This document shows, piece by piece, positions 7,991 to 18,752 of a DNA stretch of 64,000 nt; the first letter of the stretch is position 1, and each line of letters opens with the position of its first letter. The notes beneath the pieces are model-generated. The model ran no database searches. It was not told the origin of the DNA and saw only the letters and a list, made by a program, of their open reading frames with translations. The stretch comes from Nitrosopumilus sp. GTDB lineage: Archaea; Thermoproteota; Nitrososphaeria; Nitrososphaerales; Nitrosopumilaceae. The stretch covers positions 800,001 through 864,000 of the forward strand of contig OZ241981.1 in the NCBI GenBank assembly GCA_965204345.1. Direction: 5' to 3'. A program made the translations under genes and the position numbers.

Positions 7991-10488
7991 AGAACAAAAT
8001 ATTTCGCTTCTGGATGATGAACCACTATTGCAGCAGTTGATTGCTCTGGAATAATTTGGCCCGATTCAGTCAAGGTCATTCCAGATTTTTCAGGCTGTAG
8101 CAGTTTCCATACTAGATGATGCTGTGCCACGTCAGGACAGCTGGGAAATCCCCAGCTATACCGTAGTCCGCCTTTTTCCAAGCCTAATTCAGATTTTATT
8201 TTTTGATTGACCCATTCGGCCAACGCTTCGGCAACCTCAACTGCCAATCCGTGCAGATAGTATGCATCAGTGTACTTGTCTTCCTTGTTCCACTGTTCAA
8301 TAATATTTGCCACCTTATTTCCCACAGTTACAGACTGAAATGCAACAACATCGTCATTTCCAAAATAATCAGCAAGACAAAGATGATCAGATTTGGCAGA
8401 GCGTGGAAAGTCCAATTCGACGTCATCGCCAACAGGATTCTCAACTAACAGTCTTCTGCCCTTGTTATGACACCTAAAATACCCATAAACAATTTCAGGT
8501 TCAAACAGTTTTTCTCTAATTATTCTTGCCTTCCATTCTACAAGCAGCTGCTCATGTTCGGCCTCAGATTCAGAACCGGCCTTTCCACGCAGTCCCCAAG
8601 ACAGTTTGAATAGGGATTTTTTATCAATCATGGTCCAGACTTTATTCATGTTGATTTGATCGAGTTTGAGTCTAATTGGCTCTCCAATTCCCGGAGGTTT
8701 AGGCGCACAGACAGGCCTAACCTCACTTTTTGGTATGGTATCAGGATCAACTGTTGCAGCAGATTTATCCCTCCAGTTCTCTAGTTTTTCTTTCCAATCA
8801 ACTAGGAATTTTGTCTTTTCATCAGAGACTAGTACATCCATTGTTTTTAGTCCTTCAAACATGGTGTTGCAATAAAACACGCCAGGATCATAGATTCCAT
8901 CTTCTTTTGCTATTCGATTAATGTAATTGCTGTTAATTGCAGCTCCGCCACAAAGAATCGGCATATTCATGTTATTTTTTCTTGCGTGTTCCACAAAGAA
9001 TTCCATTTGCTTTGAAGTAGATACCAGTAATGCAGACAGTCCTATTGCATCAGGTTTTGTCTCATCTATTTTTTCAAGGAATTTCTGCAGTGGAACCTGT
9101 TTTCCCAAGTCGTGTACCGTGTATCCGTTATTCTGAAAAATGGTCTTCACAAGGTTTTTGCCAATGTCATGAACATCGCCATAAACCGTACCCAAAACCA
9201 GTACGCCCTTACTGATGCCCTCCTCTTTAACCAGGTACTTTTCTAATTCACCAACAGCAGCTTTCATGCATTCGGCAGATTTTAGGACAAATGGCAAAAT
9301 CAGCTCTCCTGCGCCAAACTTATCTCCAACCTCCTTCATGGCAGGAAGCAGGTCCTCATTGAGGGCTTTGATGGCACCATCATGAGTGATTTCCTTTGTG
9401 GCATCAAGGGACAGTATTCCGTCAACATCTCTGATAATCTCATTTTTTCCAAGCTTCTCTGCAATTGCAGATACCACGTCATTTTGAATCCCATTTTTGA
9501 GCCGATTTACAATTCTGAAATTTACTCGTTTTCCTGCAGGCCAAGAAGGATCAACGTCAACTTTCTTGGAGGCCGTACTGCCTTGGGGCTGCCCCTCATT
9601 TTCAAAATAAGTAACTAAATCAGCCAGTGCGTTTGAATGAACATTAAAGACTAGATCCTCTGCAAGTTTTCTTTCTTTCCCATCAATTTCTCCATACGGA
9701 ATAATTTCTTTGGCATTAACAATTGCAGAATCAAGACCAGCTTTGACAGCATGATACAAGAATACAGAATTTAGAACTTTCCTAGCATATGGAGACAGTC
9801 CAAAGCTGATGTTGCTTAGTCCCAGGGTGGTAAAGGAATCAGGGAATTTCTCTTTGACCAGCTTAATTCCTTCAAGGGTATTCTTTCCTGCATCAAGAAA
9901 CTCATCTTCGCCTGTTGCCAAGGTAAATGTAAGAACGTCAAAAATGAACTGTTCTATCTTTAATCCATACTTTTTTCCTGTTTCATAAAGCAGCTCTGCT
10001 GTGTCAGCTTTTTGTTGAGGGGTTTTTGCCATGCCCTCAGGCCCGATACAGAGGGCAATTGCAGGCAAACCATACTTTGCCATTATAGGAGCGAGTCTTT
10101 CAAATCTGCTTCCATCACCCTCAAGGTTAATTGAATTAATTATCGGCCTTCCGGGAATTTGAGTGACAGATGATTCTATTACCTGAGGATCTGTAGAGTC
10201 AATTACAAGAGGGGCATCAATTTCCAGGCTCAGTCTCTTTACCAGATTTAACATGAATTCACGCTCATCTGCACGCTCTGTGGTTGCAACACAGACATCA
10301 AGGCAGTGAGCACCGTCCTCAACTTGTACCCTGCCCAAATCTAGCAGGCCGTCATAATCATCTGCAAGAACCAGCTTCTTTGCCCTGCGTGAACCCTGAG
10401 TGTTAATTCTCTCTCCAATAATCAGGGGGGCAGGAATCTGTTTTAGATCAACTGCTTTTAGTGCCGAACTTACTCTTGGAACAGTCAA
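7987..10488 (-). CDS. metH: Cobalamin-dependent methionine synthase, pterin-binding/cap/B12-binding/activation part
   Basis: IIGERIN, IDST, INSINLE, GDVHDIGKNL, GLSALL, RYSWGFPSCPD. Confidence 0.93.
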   Translation of the reverse strand: MTVPRVSSALKAVDLKQIPAPLIIGERINTQGSRRAKKLVLADDYDGLLDLGRVQVEDGAHCLDVCVATTERADEREFMLNLVKRLSLEIDAPLVIDSTDPQVIESSVTQIPGRPIINSINLEGDGSRFERLAPIMAKYGLPAIALCIGPEGMAKTPQQKADTAELLYETGKKYGLKIEQFIFDVLTFTLATGEDEFLDAGKNTLEGIKLVKEKFPDSFTTLGLSNISFGLSPYARKVLNSVFLYHAVKAGLDSAIVNAKEIIPYGEIDGKERKLAEDLVFNVHSNALADLVTYFENEGQPQGSTASKKVDVDPSWPAGKRVNFRIVNRLKNGIQNDVVSAIAEKLGKNEIIRDVDGILSLDATKEITHDGAIKALNEDLLPAMKEVGDKFGAGELILPFVLKSAECMKAAVGELEKYLVKEEGISKGVLVLGTVYGDVHDIGKNLVKTIFQNNGYTVHDLGKQVPLQKFLEKIDETKPDAIGLSALLVSTSKQMEFFVEHARKNNMNMPILCGGAAINSNYINRIAKEDGIYDPGVFYCNTMFEGLKTMDVLVSDEKTKFLVDWKEKLENWRDKSAATVDPDTIPKSEVRPVCAPKPPGIGEPIRLKLDQINMNKVWTMIDKKSLFKLSWGLRGKAGSESEAEHEQLLVEWKARIIREKLFEPEIVYGYFRCHNKGRRLLVENPVGDDVELDFPRSAKSDHLCLADYFGNDDVVAFQSVTVGNKVANIIEQWNKEDKYTDAYYLHGLAVEVAEALAEWVNQKIKSELGLEKGGLRYSWGFPSCPDVAQHHLVWKLLQPEKSGMTLTESGQIIPEQSTAAIVVHHPEAKYFVL

Positions 10489-10520
10489 TATAACAAAATC
10501 ACATCTGTTTTTCTAAATAC

Positions 10521-11510
10521 TTAACCCTCTATAGAGTTGGCTTTTTGGTCAATTACTTTCCTCAAGACCCTGATGTGTTCAGGATTTGTCCCACAGCAGC
10601 CTCCAATGATTCGAACTCTTTTGTACTCGTTAAGAAAATCACCCAATGCATCACCCATTTTTTCAGGAGTCATTTTGTAGACTGCCTGGCCTCCATCATT
10701 TTCAGGCATGCCGGCATTTGGGACGACTAACACGCCGTGTTCATTTTGTTCGTCCAGCCACCTTACACTTGGAGTCATTTCAACAGGACCAGTGGAGCAA
10801 TTCAGCCCAAAAACATCAATGCCCATATCAGACACAGTAGTGTATGCGGCCTGAACATTGGTACCAAGCAGCATCTTTCCATATTGATCCAGGGTGATGT
10901 TTGCAATGATGGGAATTTTTTTGCCGGTTTTTTTTATGGAATTATGACATGCCTCAATGACGAGTTTTACCTCAAGAATGTCCTGACTTGTTTCAACAAG
11001 CAATGCATCAACGCCTCCTAGAATCAATCCTTCTGACTGCAGCTCAAATGCCTCACGTATTTCATCTAGGGGCTTTTGGCCCAAATCAGGATCGTTAGAA
11101 CTTGGCAGATAGCCGGTAGGTCCCATTGATCCAATCACATACCGAGGTTTGTCAGAATACTCGCTGCAGACCTCAAATGCAAGCGCTGCAATTTTTCTGT
11201 TAAATTCCACAGTTTGATCACCAAAGCCATATTCGTCAAGCTTAATTTTATTTGAGCCAAAAGAGTTTGTCTCAATGCAATCAGAACCTGCATCCAGATA
11301 ACTCCTATGAATTTGTCTGATCCATTCAGGATGCGTCAATACCAATCCGTCATTGAATCCGTCCTGATCATTGGGAAAATCTTCAGGCTTGGGATCATGT
11401 CTTTGAATTTCAGTTCCCATCGCACCATCAAATAACAATACGCGATTTTGTATTGCATCAAGGAAGGATTCTTTTTCTGCCAACTTCTTAATCTCAAAAC
11501 ACTCTAACAC
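10521..11510 (-). CDS. metH: Methionine synthase homocysteine S-methyltransferase domain (split MetH N-part)
   Basis: LFDGAMGT, ETNSFG, GLNCSTGP, IIGGCCGT. Confidence 0.92.
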   Translation of the reverse strand: MLECFEIKKLAEKESFLDAIQNRVLLFDGAMGTEIQRHDPKPEDFPNDQDGFNDGLVLTHPEWIRQIHRSYLDAGSDCIETNSFGSNKIKLDEYGFGDQTVEFNRKIAALAFEVCSEYSDKPRYVIGSMGPTGYLPSSNDPDLGQKPLDEIREAFELQSEGLILGGVDALLVETSQDILEVKLVIEACHNSIKKTGKKIPIIANITLDQYGKMLLGTNVQAAYTTVSDMGIDVFGLNCSTGPVEMTPSVRWLDEQNEHGVLVVPNAGMPENDGGQAVYKMTPEKMGDALGDFLNEYKRVRIIGGCCGTNPEHIRVLRKVIDQKANSIEG

Positions 11511-11597
11511 AGTTTAACTCTTTTCAGAAAAGGCAGCAAAAAATGCATGGCTGATACGTATGTTGAAATTAGGTCAGAGATGATTTTTTGCATATTT

Positions 11598-12698
11598 ATG
11601 CAAAAGTTACCAGTTAACAATCTCGTTCGTAGTGCCACCTTTTTTCAACATGCAGGAATCTCCATAGTTTTTGTTTTCATGCCCATTATTGCAAGGGGAG
11701 TAACAGAATCTATTTTCGAGATTGGGCTATTGGTGGCATCATTTAGCTTTGCTCAAATTTTATCTGAGATTTATTTTGGAAGGCACTCAGACAAGAAAGG
11801 AACTAGGCTCAAATTCATCAGAATCGGCTTCATAGGGTGTGCCATTACGTTTGGATTGCACTATTTTGCAGATGATCTCTCCATGTTCTTTCTGGTAAGA
11901 ATTCTTGCAGGTGTTGCAAGCGGGATTATGATTCCGGCCATGATTGCATATACCTACGAGGCAAACATTGACAAAAAAAGAGCGGCCACAGTGATTTCAT
12001 TTCACGCATTAGGGTGGCTGGCAGGAATTGCAGCTGCGGGATTAACAAATGATCTAAAACTAATTTTCTTGATCAGTGCAGCGTCATTTGTTGCAGGATT
12101 GATTTTTACGGCAAGGCTGCCAAGCCCAAAACAGGAAAAAGAGGTAGAGGCTGGAACCACAAAAAGGGTAATTTCAAAAAACAGGTTCCTCTTTTTGTCA
12201 TTGTTACTAAGGCATATAGGAGCTGCCGCGGTGTGGACCATCCTTCCAATCATAATTGTGGAAAAATGGGGGGGAGAACTTTATCACATTTCAATTGTAT
12301 ATGTCGCAAACACGCTGACAGCGTTTATTGTAATGAACGTAATGGTAAGTAAGATTCATCTCTCCAATGTCACTAAATTCAAAATTGGAATTGGATGCAC
12401 GACGTTTGTCTTTATAGGGTTGTCTCTTGTTACGGAATGGTGGATGGCAATGCCATTTATGTCACTTGTGGGTGCAACATGGGCATTTTTGTTTATTGGG
12501 GGAAACTTTCACCTAATGGATAACAATCCAAAGTCCACGTCAACTGGGATATTTAGCTCAACGTTATCTATTGCAACAGTTATTGGTCCTGTAATAGCAG
12601 GAACAATTGCATTTGCAACCAATTATGTTGCAGTAATGTATTTTGCAATAGCAATAATCATCTGTGCATTTGTAGTGTCACTGAAAATAAAAAAATAA
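11598..12698 (+). CDS. MFS transporter
   Basis: ~12 hydrophobic segments, FGRHSDKKG motif A. Confidence 0.85.
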   Translation: MQKLPVNNLVRSATFFQHAGISIVFVFMPIIARGVTESIFEIGLLVASFSFAQILSEIYFGRHSDKKGTRLKFIRIGFIGCAITFGLHYFADDLSMFFLVRILAGVASGIMIPAMIAYTYEANIDKKRAATVISFHALGWLAGIAAAGLTNDLKLIFLISAASFVAGLIFTARLPSPKQEKEVEAGTTKRVISKNRFLFLSLLLRHIGAAAVWTILPIIIVEKWGGELYHISIVYVANTLTAFIVMNVMVSKIHLSNVTKFKIGIGCTTFVFIGLSLVTEWWMAMPFMSLVGATWAFLFIGGNFHLMDNNPKSTSTGIFSSTLSIATVIGPVIAGTIAFATNYVAVMYFAIAIIICAFVVSLKIKK

Positions 12699-12769
12699 GA
12701 TAGCAGAATGTATCATCACCTGTTAGCTCATTTTGGAGATTTAAAAAACGGGAATTATTTACAGGTTAT

Positions 12770-13534
12770 CTAAAACCCCCAACGGGACATTACCTTATCT
12801 TCAAGTCTTTTGAAAATGACGCCATCAACAACCAATCCAATTGCCATGATTATTACCATAATACCGATTACTTGAGACACGTCATTAAGAGAGCGTCCTG
12901 CATTAAGAAAGAATCCCAAGCCCAGGTAGGAAAACAGTATCTCAGCGCCAATCACGCCTCTCCAAGCAAACGCCCAGCCTTGCTTAAAACCAGAAATCAT
13001 GTATGGAAATGCCGCAGGAATCAGCACTGCGGTAATTAGTTGGCTGCCCTTGGCACCCATATTTCGTGCAGCCTCTATATAGTGAGGATCGATATTCTTG
13101 ACTCCGGTGTACGTATTGATTGTAACTGCAAAAATGGCACCAATGGCTGTGACAAAAATTATTCCGCTATCTGTCAGACCAAACCAAAGTATTGCCAATG
13201 GAACCCAAGCAATGGAAGGAATTGATTGCAGTCCCAGAACCAAAGAACCAACTGTCTGGTTGATTGCCTCAACTCTTGCCATAAAAATTCCAAGTACGAT
13301 CCCACCGCCAATTGCAATTCCTAGGCCAACTGACAGCCTCCACATGCTAGTTCCGATTCCGTAAAGCAGGCTGCCATCAGAGACGCCATATGCCAGATCT
13401 TCGGCTACTTCGTATGGAGATGGAAAAATATTGTCAGGCCATATTCCAACCATGGCAACAACCTGCCAAACAACTACAAGACTTACATAAAATACAATCC
13501 TATGGGGAGTAAAATTTTTTGCCATGATAATCAC
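12770..13534 (-). CDS. ABC transporter permease (nitrate/sulfonate/taurine family)
   Basis: LQSIPSIAWVPLAILWFG, EAARNMGA, AWRGVIGAE. Confidence 0.9.
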   Translation of the reverse strand: MIIMAKNFTPHRIVFYVSLVVVWQVVAMVGIWPDNIFPSPYEVAEDLAYGVSDGSLLYGIGTSMWRLSVGLGIAIGGGIVLGIFMARVEAINQTVGSLVLGLQSIPSIAWVPLAILWFGLTDSGIIFVTAIGAIFAVTINTYTGVKNIDPHYIEAARNMGAKGSQLITAVLIPAAFPYMISGFKQGWAFAWRGVIGAEILFSYLGLGFFLNAGRSLNDVSQVIGIMVIIMAIGLVVDGVIFKRLEDKVMSRWGF

Positions 13535-14295
13535 TCTTTGTTTTTCTTTACCTCAGGCCGAAGCTCTGCCAGGACATCCTGCTGGAATTTCTTTAGGATT
13601 TCGTCTTCAGGAATTCTAGGTCTTGGAAAATCATTGTCAACTTCCTTTTTAATTACTGATGGACGATTGCTGAAAACTGCCACCTTGGTTCCAAGAACAG
13701 CCGCCTCTGAAACACTGTGGGTTACAAACAAAATGGTCTTCTTTGTCTTTTCCCAAATCAATTGCATTTCAACTAAAAGCAAGTCACGAGTTTGTGCATC
13801 AAGTGCTGCAAACGGTTCATCCATTAGCAGCACATCAGGGTCCATCACAAGTGCTCTTGCAATAGCTACACGCTGCTTCATTCCTGTGGAAAGCTGATAG
13901 GTGTACGAGTCTGCAAATTTTGTCAGCTGCATCATATCCAGGTATCTGTGGGATATCTTTGCTCGTTCTGCTTTTGGGATACCGGCCATTTTTAAGCCAA
14001 ATTCTACGTTATCTTGAACCTTAAGCCAGGGAAACAAGGCTCCCTCTTGGAACACCATAATTCTTTCTGGACCAGTTTCAGTTACATTGCGGCCATCAAA
14101 GAGGATCTGGCCCTCATCAGGACTCTCCAGGCCTGCAACTATGCGCAAAAATGTGGATTTGCCACATCCTGAAGGACCAACTAGACATACAAAGTCGCCA
14201 GCCTCAACTTTTAGGTTTATGCCGCCAAGTGCCGTAAGCTTGTGAGAGTCATGGCGGAAATACTTTACAATATTTTTTGCCTCAAGTTTGGTCAT
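13531..14295 (-). CDS. ABC transporter ATP-binding subunit (nitrate/sulfonate family)
   Basis: GPSGCGKST, LSTGMKQR, LLMDEPF, FVTH. Confidence 0.92.
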   Translation of the reverse strand: MTKLEAKNIVKYFRHDSHKLTALGGINLKVEAGDFVCLVGPSGCGKSTFLRIVAGLESPDEGQILFDGRNVTETGPERIMVFQEGALFPWLKVQDNVEFGLKMAGIPKAERAKISHRYLDMMQLTKFADSYTYQLSTGMKQRVAIARALVMDPDVLLMDEPFAALDAQTRDLLLVEMQLIWEKTKKTILFVTHSVSEAAVLGTKVAVFSNRPSVIKKEVDNDFPRPRIPEDEILKKFQQDVLAELRPEVKKNKE

Positions 14296-15323
14296 GTGCT
14301 ACTACCTCCATCAGCGGCAGAATTTGTATCAAAGTAGTAAAAAATACCAGACAAATCATATCCATTTCTTCCAAGATATCCCAGCGCGTCAGATTTTTGA
14401 GCAAATGAATAAACAGAGTCATGTATTGGATCTGCTGTAATTACAAGATTAGACAGGGCAACATCTACCACATCATCAGATAAGGACTGACCAAGATGGG
14501 AATTTAAAAAATCATTAAAAACAACCCGGGTCTCCACGGGATTTTGATTAATCCAAATTGCCGTTTTATTGTGGGAATCCAGAAAACTGGAAATTAGTTC
14601 AGGGTTCTTTTCCACATAATCAGAGTTTGCAATTAACAAAACAGACGCAAACTCTTGGTTTGGCCAAAGGTCTTCTTCATGGAATAGTCGCTTTCCATTT
14701 AATTCAGTCTCCAAAATGGTAGCCCATGGCTCTGCAACCCAAGCGCCGTCAATATCCCCTTTAACAAATAATGTAAAGATGTCAGGATTTGGAATATTGT
14801 AAACTACAACAGAGCCGCCTTTTTCAGCAGTTCTCAATCCGTGTTCGGAGAGATAGTGACGCAGGGATACGTCCTGAGTATTACCAATTTGAGGAGCGGC
14901 AATTTTTTTTCCATCAAAATCAGAAAAAGAATTGATTTCAGATTGAGGATGAACGATAAAGCTTGCACCGCCGCTTGCAGCACCAGAAAGAATCTTTACG
15001 TTGTCATTTTCAGAATTTAAAAATCCGTTTATTGCAGGGCCCGGTCCGACATATGCTAGATCAACTGAACTAGCAAAGAGGGATTCGATTGCCTGCGGAC
15101 CGCTATCAAAGACTCTGGTTTCAATTTTTATCTGATCACCGAGGCTATCTTGGAAAAAGCCCTTCTCCATCCCAACTATAGGAATGGCATGTCCAATATT
15201 TGGAAAATATGCAATTCGAAGTTTAGAATCATGTGTTTTATCGTCGTTACCAAGACTAATTCCTAGTGCAGATAGCAATACAACGGCTGTAATGCCTGAA
15301 AAAAGGACATACTGAGTTTTCAT
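14292..15323 (-). CDS. ABC substrate-binding protein (SsuA/NMT1-like)
   Basis: N-terminal signal/anchor; RIAYFPNIGHA, YVGPGPA, PQIGNTQD, AEPWAT. Confidence 0.88.
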   Translation of the reverse strand: MKTQYVLFSGITAVVLLSALGISLGNDDKTHDSKLRIAYFPNIGHAIPIVGMEKGFFQDSLGDQIKIETRVFDSGPQAIESLFASSVDLAYVGPGPAINGFLNSENDNVKILSGAASGGASFIVHPQSEINSFSDFDGKKIAAPQIGNTQDVSLRHYLSEHGLRTAEKGGSVVVYNIPNPDIFTLFVKGDIDGAWVAEPWATILETELNGKRLFHEEDLWPNQEFASVLLIANSDYVEKNPELISSFLDSHNKTAIWINQNPVETRVVFNDFLNSHLGQSLSDDVVDVALSNLVITADPIHDSVYSFAQKSDALGYLGRNGYDLSGIFYYFDTNSAADGGSST

Positions 15324-15454
15324 AAAACAGCGTTATATTTGATGGTTAAATAATCATCGAATTTTAGCTCAAGCTAGCCAGAAATTTTTAAAAATAATTT
15401 ATTTAAAGCCTAGCATAAAAGATAAATTCCAAAATATGACGGAAAAGATGTTTT

Positions 15455-16654
15455 ATGACTCAAAAAGGAATTCTTGCATTCTCTGGCGGGCTAGACACTT
15501 CAGTTGTTGTAAAGTACCTACAAAATGAGCATGATATGGATGTAGTTACAGTCACAGTAGATGTGGGACAGGGAGAAGACTGGAAAGGGATTACAGCCAA
15601 GGCAAAAAAACTGGGCGTAAAAAAACACTACAACATTGATGCAAAAAAGGAATTTGTCAAGGATTATATTTTTCCATCAATAAAGGCAAACGCGCTCTAT
15701 CAGAAGAAATACTGCCTTGCAACAGCACTAGCTAGGCCACTGATTGCAGAAAAAGTTTTAGAAATTGCAAAAAAAGAAAAAGTGACATCACTTGCACATG
15801 GCTGTTCTGGCAAGGGCAATGATCAGGTAAGATTTGACATTACGTTACGTTCCGGCTCTGACTTGCCAATCATAGCCCCAATCAGGGACAAAAATTTGGA
15901 CAGGGATACGGAGCTAAAATTTGCAAAAAAACACGGAATAGAGATTGATACGGTGGCAAAAAGGTTCAGCATTGATCAAAACTTGTGGGGACGTGCAATA
16001 GAGGGAGGAGTGCTAGAAGACCCATACAATGAACCGCCAGAGGATGCTTTTATTTGGGTTAAAACAAAAAACCTGCCAGACAAGCCGGCTTATTTGGAAA
16101 TTAAATTCAGCAGGGGAATTCCAGTTGAAGCTGACGGTAAAAAAATGGATCCGTTAAAACTGATTGAATACATTAACAAAAAGGCAGGAAACGCAGGCAT
16201 TGGGATAGTTGATCATATTGAAGACAGGGTTGTAGGAATCAAGTCTCGTGAAGTATATGAAACCCCGGCAGCGGCCTGTCTTATTGAGGCTCATGCAGAC
16301 CTGGAGAAAATGGTCCACACAAAGCATGAAAATAAATTTAAATCAATGATTGATGATGAATGGGCATATTTGGTGTACTCGGGACTTTGGCAAGATCCCC
16401 TAAAGGCAGATTTGGATGGATTCATAGAAACATCACAAAAACCAGTCTCAGGAACCGTGAAGTTAAAAATGTACAAGGGAAGCTTACGAGTGGTCGGAAG
16501 AAAGTCCAGTAACTCGTTATACAGTCACAATATTGCAACCTATGGGGTAGAATCAACATTTGATCAGAGATTAGCCAAAGGATTTGTCGAATTGTGGGGA
16601 ATGCAGTCAACAGAAGCTAATAAATTACAAAAGAAAAGGTCAACAAAAACATGA
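15455..16654 (+). CDS. argG: Argininosuccinate synthase
   Basis: LAFSGGLDTS, HGCSGKGNDQVRF, SIDQNLWG, GIKSREVYE. Confidence 0.96.
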   Translation: MTQKGILAFSGGLDTSVVVKYLQNEHDMDVVTVTVDVGQGEDWKGITAKAKKLGVKKHYNIDAKKEFVKDYIFPSIKANALYQKKYCLATALARPLIAEKVLEIAKKEKVTSLAHGCSGKGNDQVRFDITLRSGSDLPIIAPIRDKNLDRDTELKFAKKHGIEIDTVAKRFSIDQNLWGRAIEGGVLEDPYNEPPEDAFIWVKTKNLPDKPAYLEIKFSRGIPVEADGKKMDPLKLIEYINKKAGNAGIGIVDHIEDRVVGIKSREVYETPAAACLIEAHADLEKMVHTKHENKFKSMIDDEWAYLVYSGLWQDPLKADLDGFIETSQKPVSGTVKLKMYKGSLRVVGRKSSNSLYSHNIATYGVESTFDQRLAKGFVELWGMQSTEANKLQKKRSTKT

Positions 16655-16818
16655 ACTGCCCAGAATGTGATGCAACACTAAACATCCCAGAGGATGCCTC
16701 AGTAGGGGAAATTGTCTCCTGTCCTGATTGTGGAGCTGACTTTGAAATCTCAAAAAAAGACGGATCAAATGTTGAGCTAAAACAAGCAGAAACCGTAGGC
16801 GAAGACTGGGGAGAGTAA
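16651..16818 (+). CDS. lysW: Amino-group carrier protein LysW/ArgW, copy 1 (55 aa, not in track)
   Basis: MNCPECD...CPDCGADFE...VGEDWGE; overlaps argG stop and argX start. Confidence 0.95.
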   Translation: MNCPECDATLNIPEDASVGEIVSCPDCGADFEISKKDGSNVELKQAETVGEDWGE

Positions 16819-17675
16819 TGTCAAAAGTTTGTATCGTGTTTGACCGCTTAAGAGCGGAAGAAAAAATGCTTCAGAAAGAGGCATCAGAACTGGGACACGA
16901 TGCCGCGATGACAGATGCAAAAATCACCCAAATCAATACAGACAGCAAAAAGGAGGATTTTGATTTTGGAGATGTTGTTTTAGAGAGGTGTGTGAGTTAT
17001 TTTAGGGGATTGCATCTTACTGCAAGTCTAGAGTTTATGGACGTCCCGGTATTGAACAAGTTTAATGTTGCAAGTACGTGTGGAAACAAGATGTTCATGA
17101 CGCTGCTTTTGAAAAAAAATAACATTCCAACACCAAAGACATATTTTTCATTTTCAAGTGACAGTGCAGCAGAGAATTTGGAAAAAGTAGGGTTTCCCTT
17201 GGTGATAAAGCCGGTAATTGGTAGTTGGGGAAGAGGGGTAATGCAGCTTGACAACAGAGACACCATGGAGGCAATTTTTGAGATAAGGGACATTACAGAT
17301 AGCCCACATGATAGAATATACTATTTACAAGAACTAGTCAAGAGACCGCCAAGGGACATCAGAGTTATCACAGTAGGTGACGAGCCCATTGCCGCCATGT
17401 ATAGAAAGTCTTCAGGGGGATTCAAAACAAACATAGCTCTGGGGGCAGACCCGGAACTTTGTGAGATCACAAAAGAGATGGAGGATATGGCTGCAAGGGC
17501 ATCAAAAGCCATGGGCGGGGGAATTTTGGGAATAGACATGATGGAGGATGAAGAAAAAGGACTGGTAGTACACGAAGTAAATAATACGGTAGAATTCAAG
17601 GGATTATCAAGAGTCGCACAACGAAACATACCAAAAGAAATGATAGAATTTGCGCTAAACTACGTTAGGAAATAA
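16818..17675 (+). CDS. argX: LysW-glutamate ligase (ArgX-like, RimK/ATP-grasp)
   Basis: VIKPVIGSWGR, RDIRV, EVNNTVEFKG (ArgX-type G); follows argG-lysW. Confidence 0.8.
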   Translation: MSKVCIVFDRLRAEEKMLQKEASELGHDAAMTDAKITQINTDSKKEDFDFGDVVLERCVSYFRGLHLTASLEFMDVPVLNKFNVASTCGNKMFMTLLLKKNNIPTPKTYFSFSSDSAAENLEKVGFPLVIKPVIGSWGRGVMQLDNRDTMEAIFEIRDITDSPHDRIYYLQELVKRPPRDIRVITVGDEPIAAMYRKSSGGFKTNIALGADPELCEITKEMEDMAARASKAMGGGILGIDMMEDEEKGLVVHEVNNTVEFKGLSRVAQRNIPKEMIEFALNYVRK

Positions 17676-17703
17676 ATTATACTCCATTACGAGGAGATTT
17701 GTC

Positions 17704-18750
17704 ATGAAAGTAGGTGTTGTTGGAGCATCAGGATATGTGGGAGGAGAGACGCTTCGTCTTCTAGTAAACCATCCAAAGGTAGAGATCACCGCAGTAACAT
17801 CAAGACAGCATGTAAGGGAGTATCTACACAGAGTTCAGCCAAGCTTGAAAGGATTTACCGATCTAAAATTCTCTGAATTGGATTATGACAGATTAACAGA
17901 TCAGTGTGACTTGGTTTTTACGGCAGTTCCACACGGAACTGCAACTGAAATTGTAAAGGCTCTCTATGACAGGGGTGTTAAAATTATTGATTTGAGCGCA
18001 GATTACAGGTTGCACAATCAAGAGGCATATGATAAATGGTATGGATGGGAACATCCGCATCCAGATTACTTAGCAAAGTCAGTTTTTGGGGTACCAGAGT
18101 TACACAGGGAACAGATTAAAAATGCACAGCTGGTTTCTTGTCCGGGATGTATGGCCGTAACATCAATGCTGGCTCTGGCACCATTGATTCAAAACGACAT
18201 TATTGACACTGAGCACATAGTTGTGGATTCAAAGATTGGTTCATCAGGGGCAGGCTCGGGTTCAGGAACGGCACACGCAATGAGAGCAGGAGTAATCAGG
18301 CCATACAAGCCAGCAAAACACAGGCACACCGGTGAAATCGAGCAAGAGCTCAGCGAGATTGCGGGAAAAAAAATTAATGTTTCAATGAGTCCGCATGCAG
18401 TGGATGTGGTTAGGGGAATCCTGTGTACAAACCATACGTTTATGAAAAAAGATATTGAAGAAAAGGAGTTGTGGAAGTTGTATCGCGAAGCTTATGGTGA
18501 GGAAAGGTTTGTCAGACTGATCAGAGATAAGAAAGGATTGTACAAGTTCCCAGATCCAAAATTCCTAGTTGGTTCAAACTTTTGTGATATTGGATTTGAT
18601 TTAGATGAGGATAACAACAGACTGATTGCATTATCTGCATCAGATAACTTGATGAAGGGTGCGGCAGGTTCTGCCATTCAAAACATGAATGTAATGTGCG
18701 GCTTTGATGAAATGGATGGGCTTAGATATACTCCACTAACCCCGGTTTAG
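17704..18750 (+). CDS. lysY: LysW-aminoadipate/glutamate phosphate reductase
   Basis: GASGYVG, IDLSADYRL, CPGC, DNLMKGAAG. Confidence 0.92.
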   Translation: MKVGVVGASGYVGGETLRLLVNHPKVEITAVTSRQHVREYLHRVQPSLKGFTDLKFSELDYDRLTDQCDLVFTAVPHGTATEIVKALYDRGVKIIDLSADYRLHNQEAYDKWYGWEHPHPDYLAKSVFGVPELHREQIKNAQLVSCPGCMAVTSMLALAPLIQNDIIDTEHIVVDSKIGSSGAGSGSGTAHAMRAGVIRPYKPAKHRHTGEIEQELSEIAGKKINVSMSPHAVDVVRGILCTNHTFMKKDIEEKELWKLYREAYGEERFVRLIRDKKGLYKFPDPKFLVGSNFCDIGFDLDEDNNRLIALSASDNLMKGAAGSAIQNMNVMCGFDEMDGLRYTPLTPV

Positions 18751-18752
18751 AG

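Noticed and set aside
7987-11510. Split metH as a frameshift or pseudogene
   Set aside because: Both halves are intact and break at a domain boundary; split MetH is established in several lineages.
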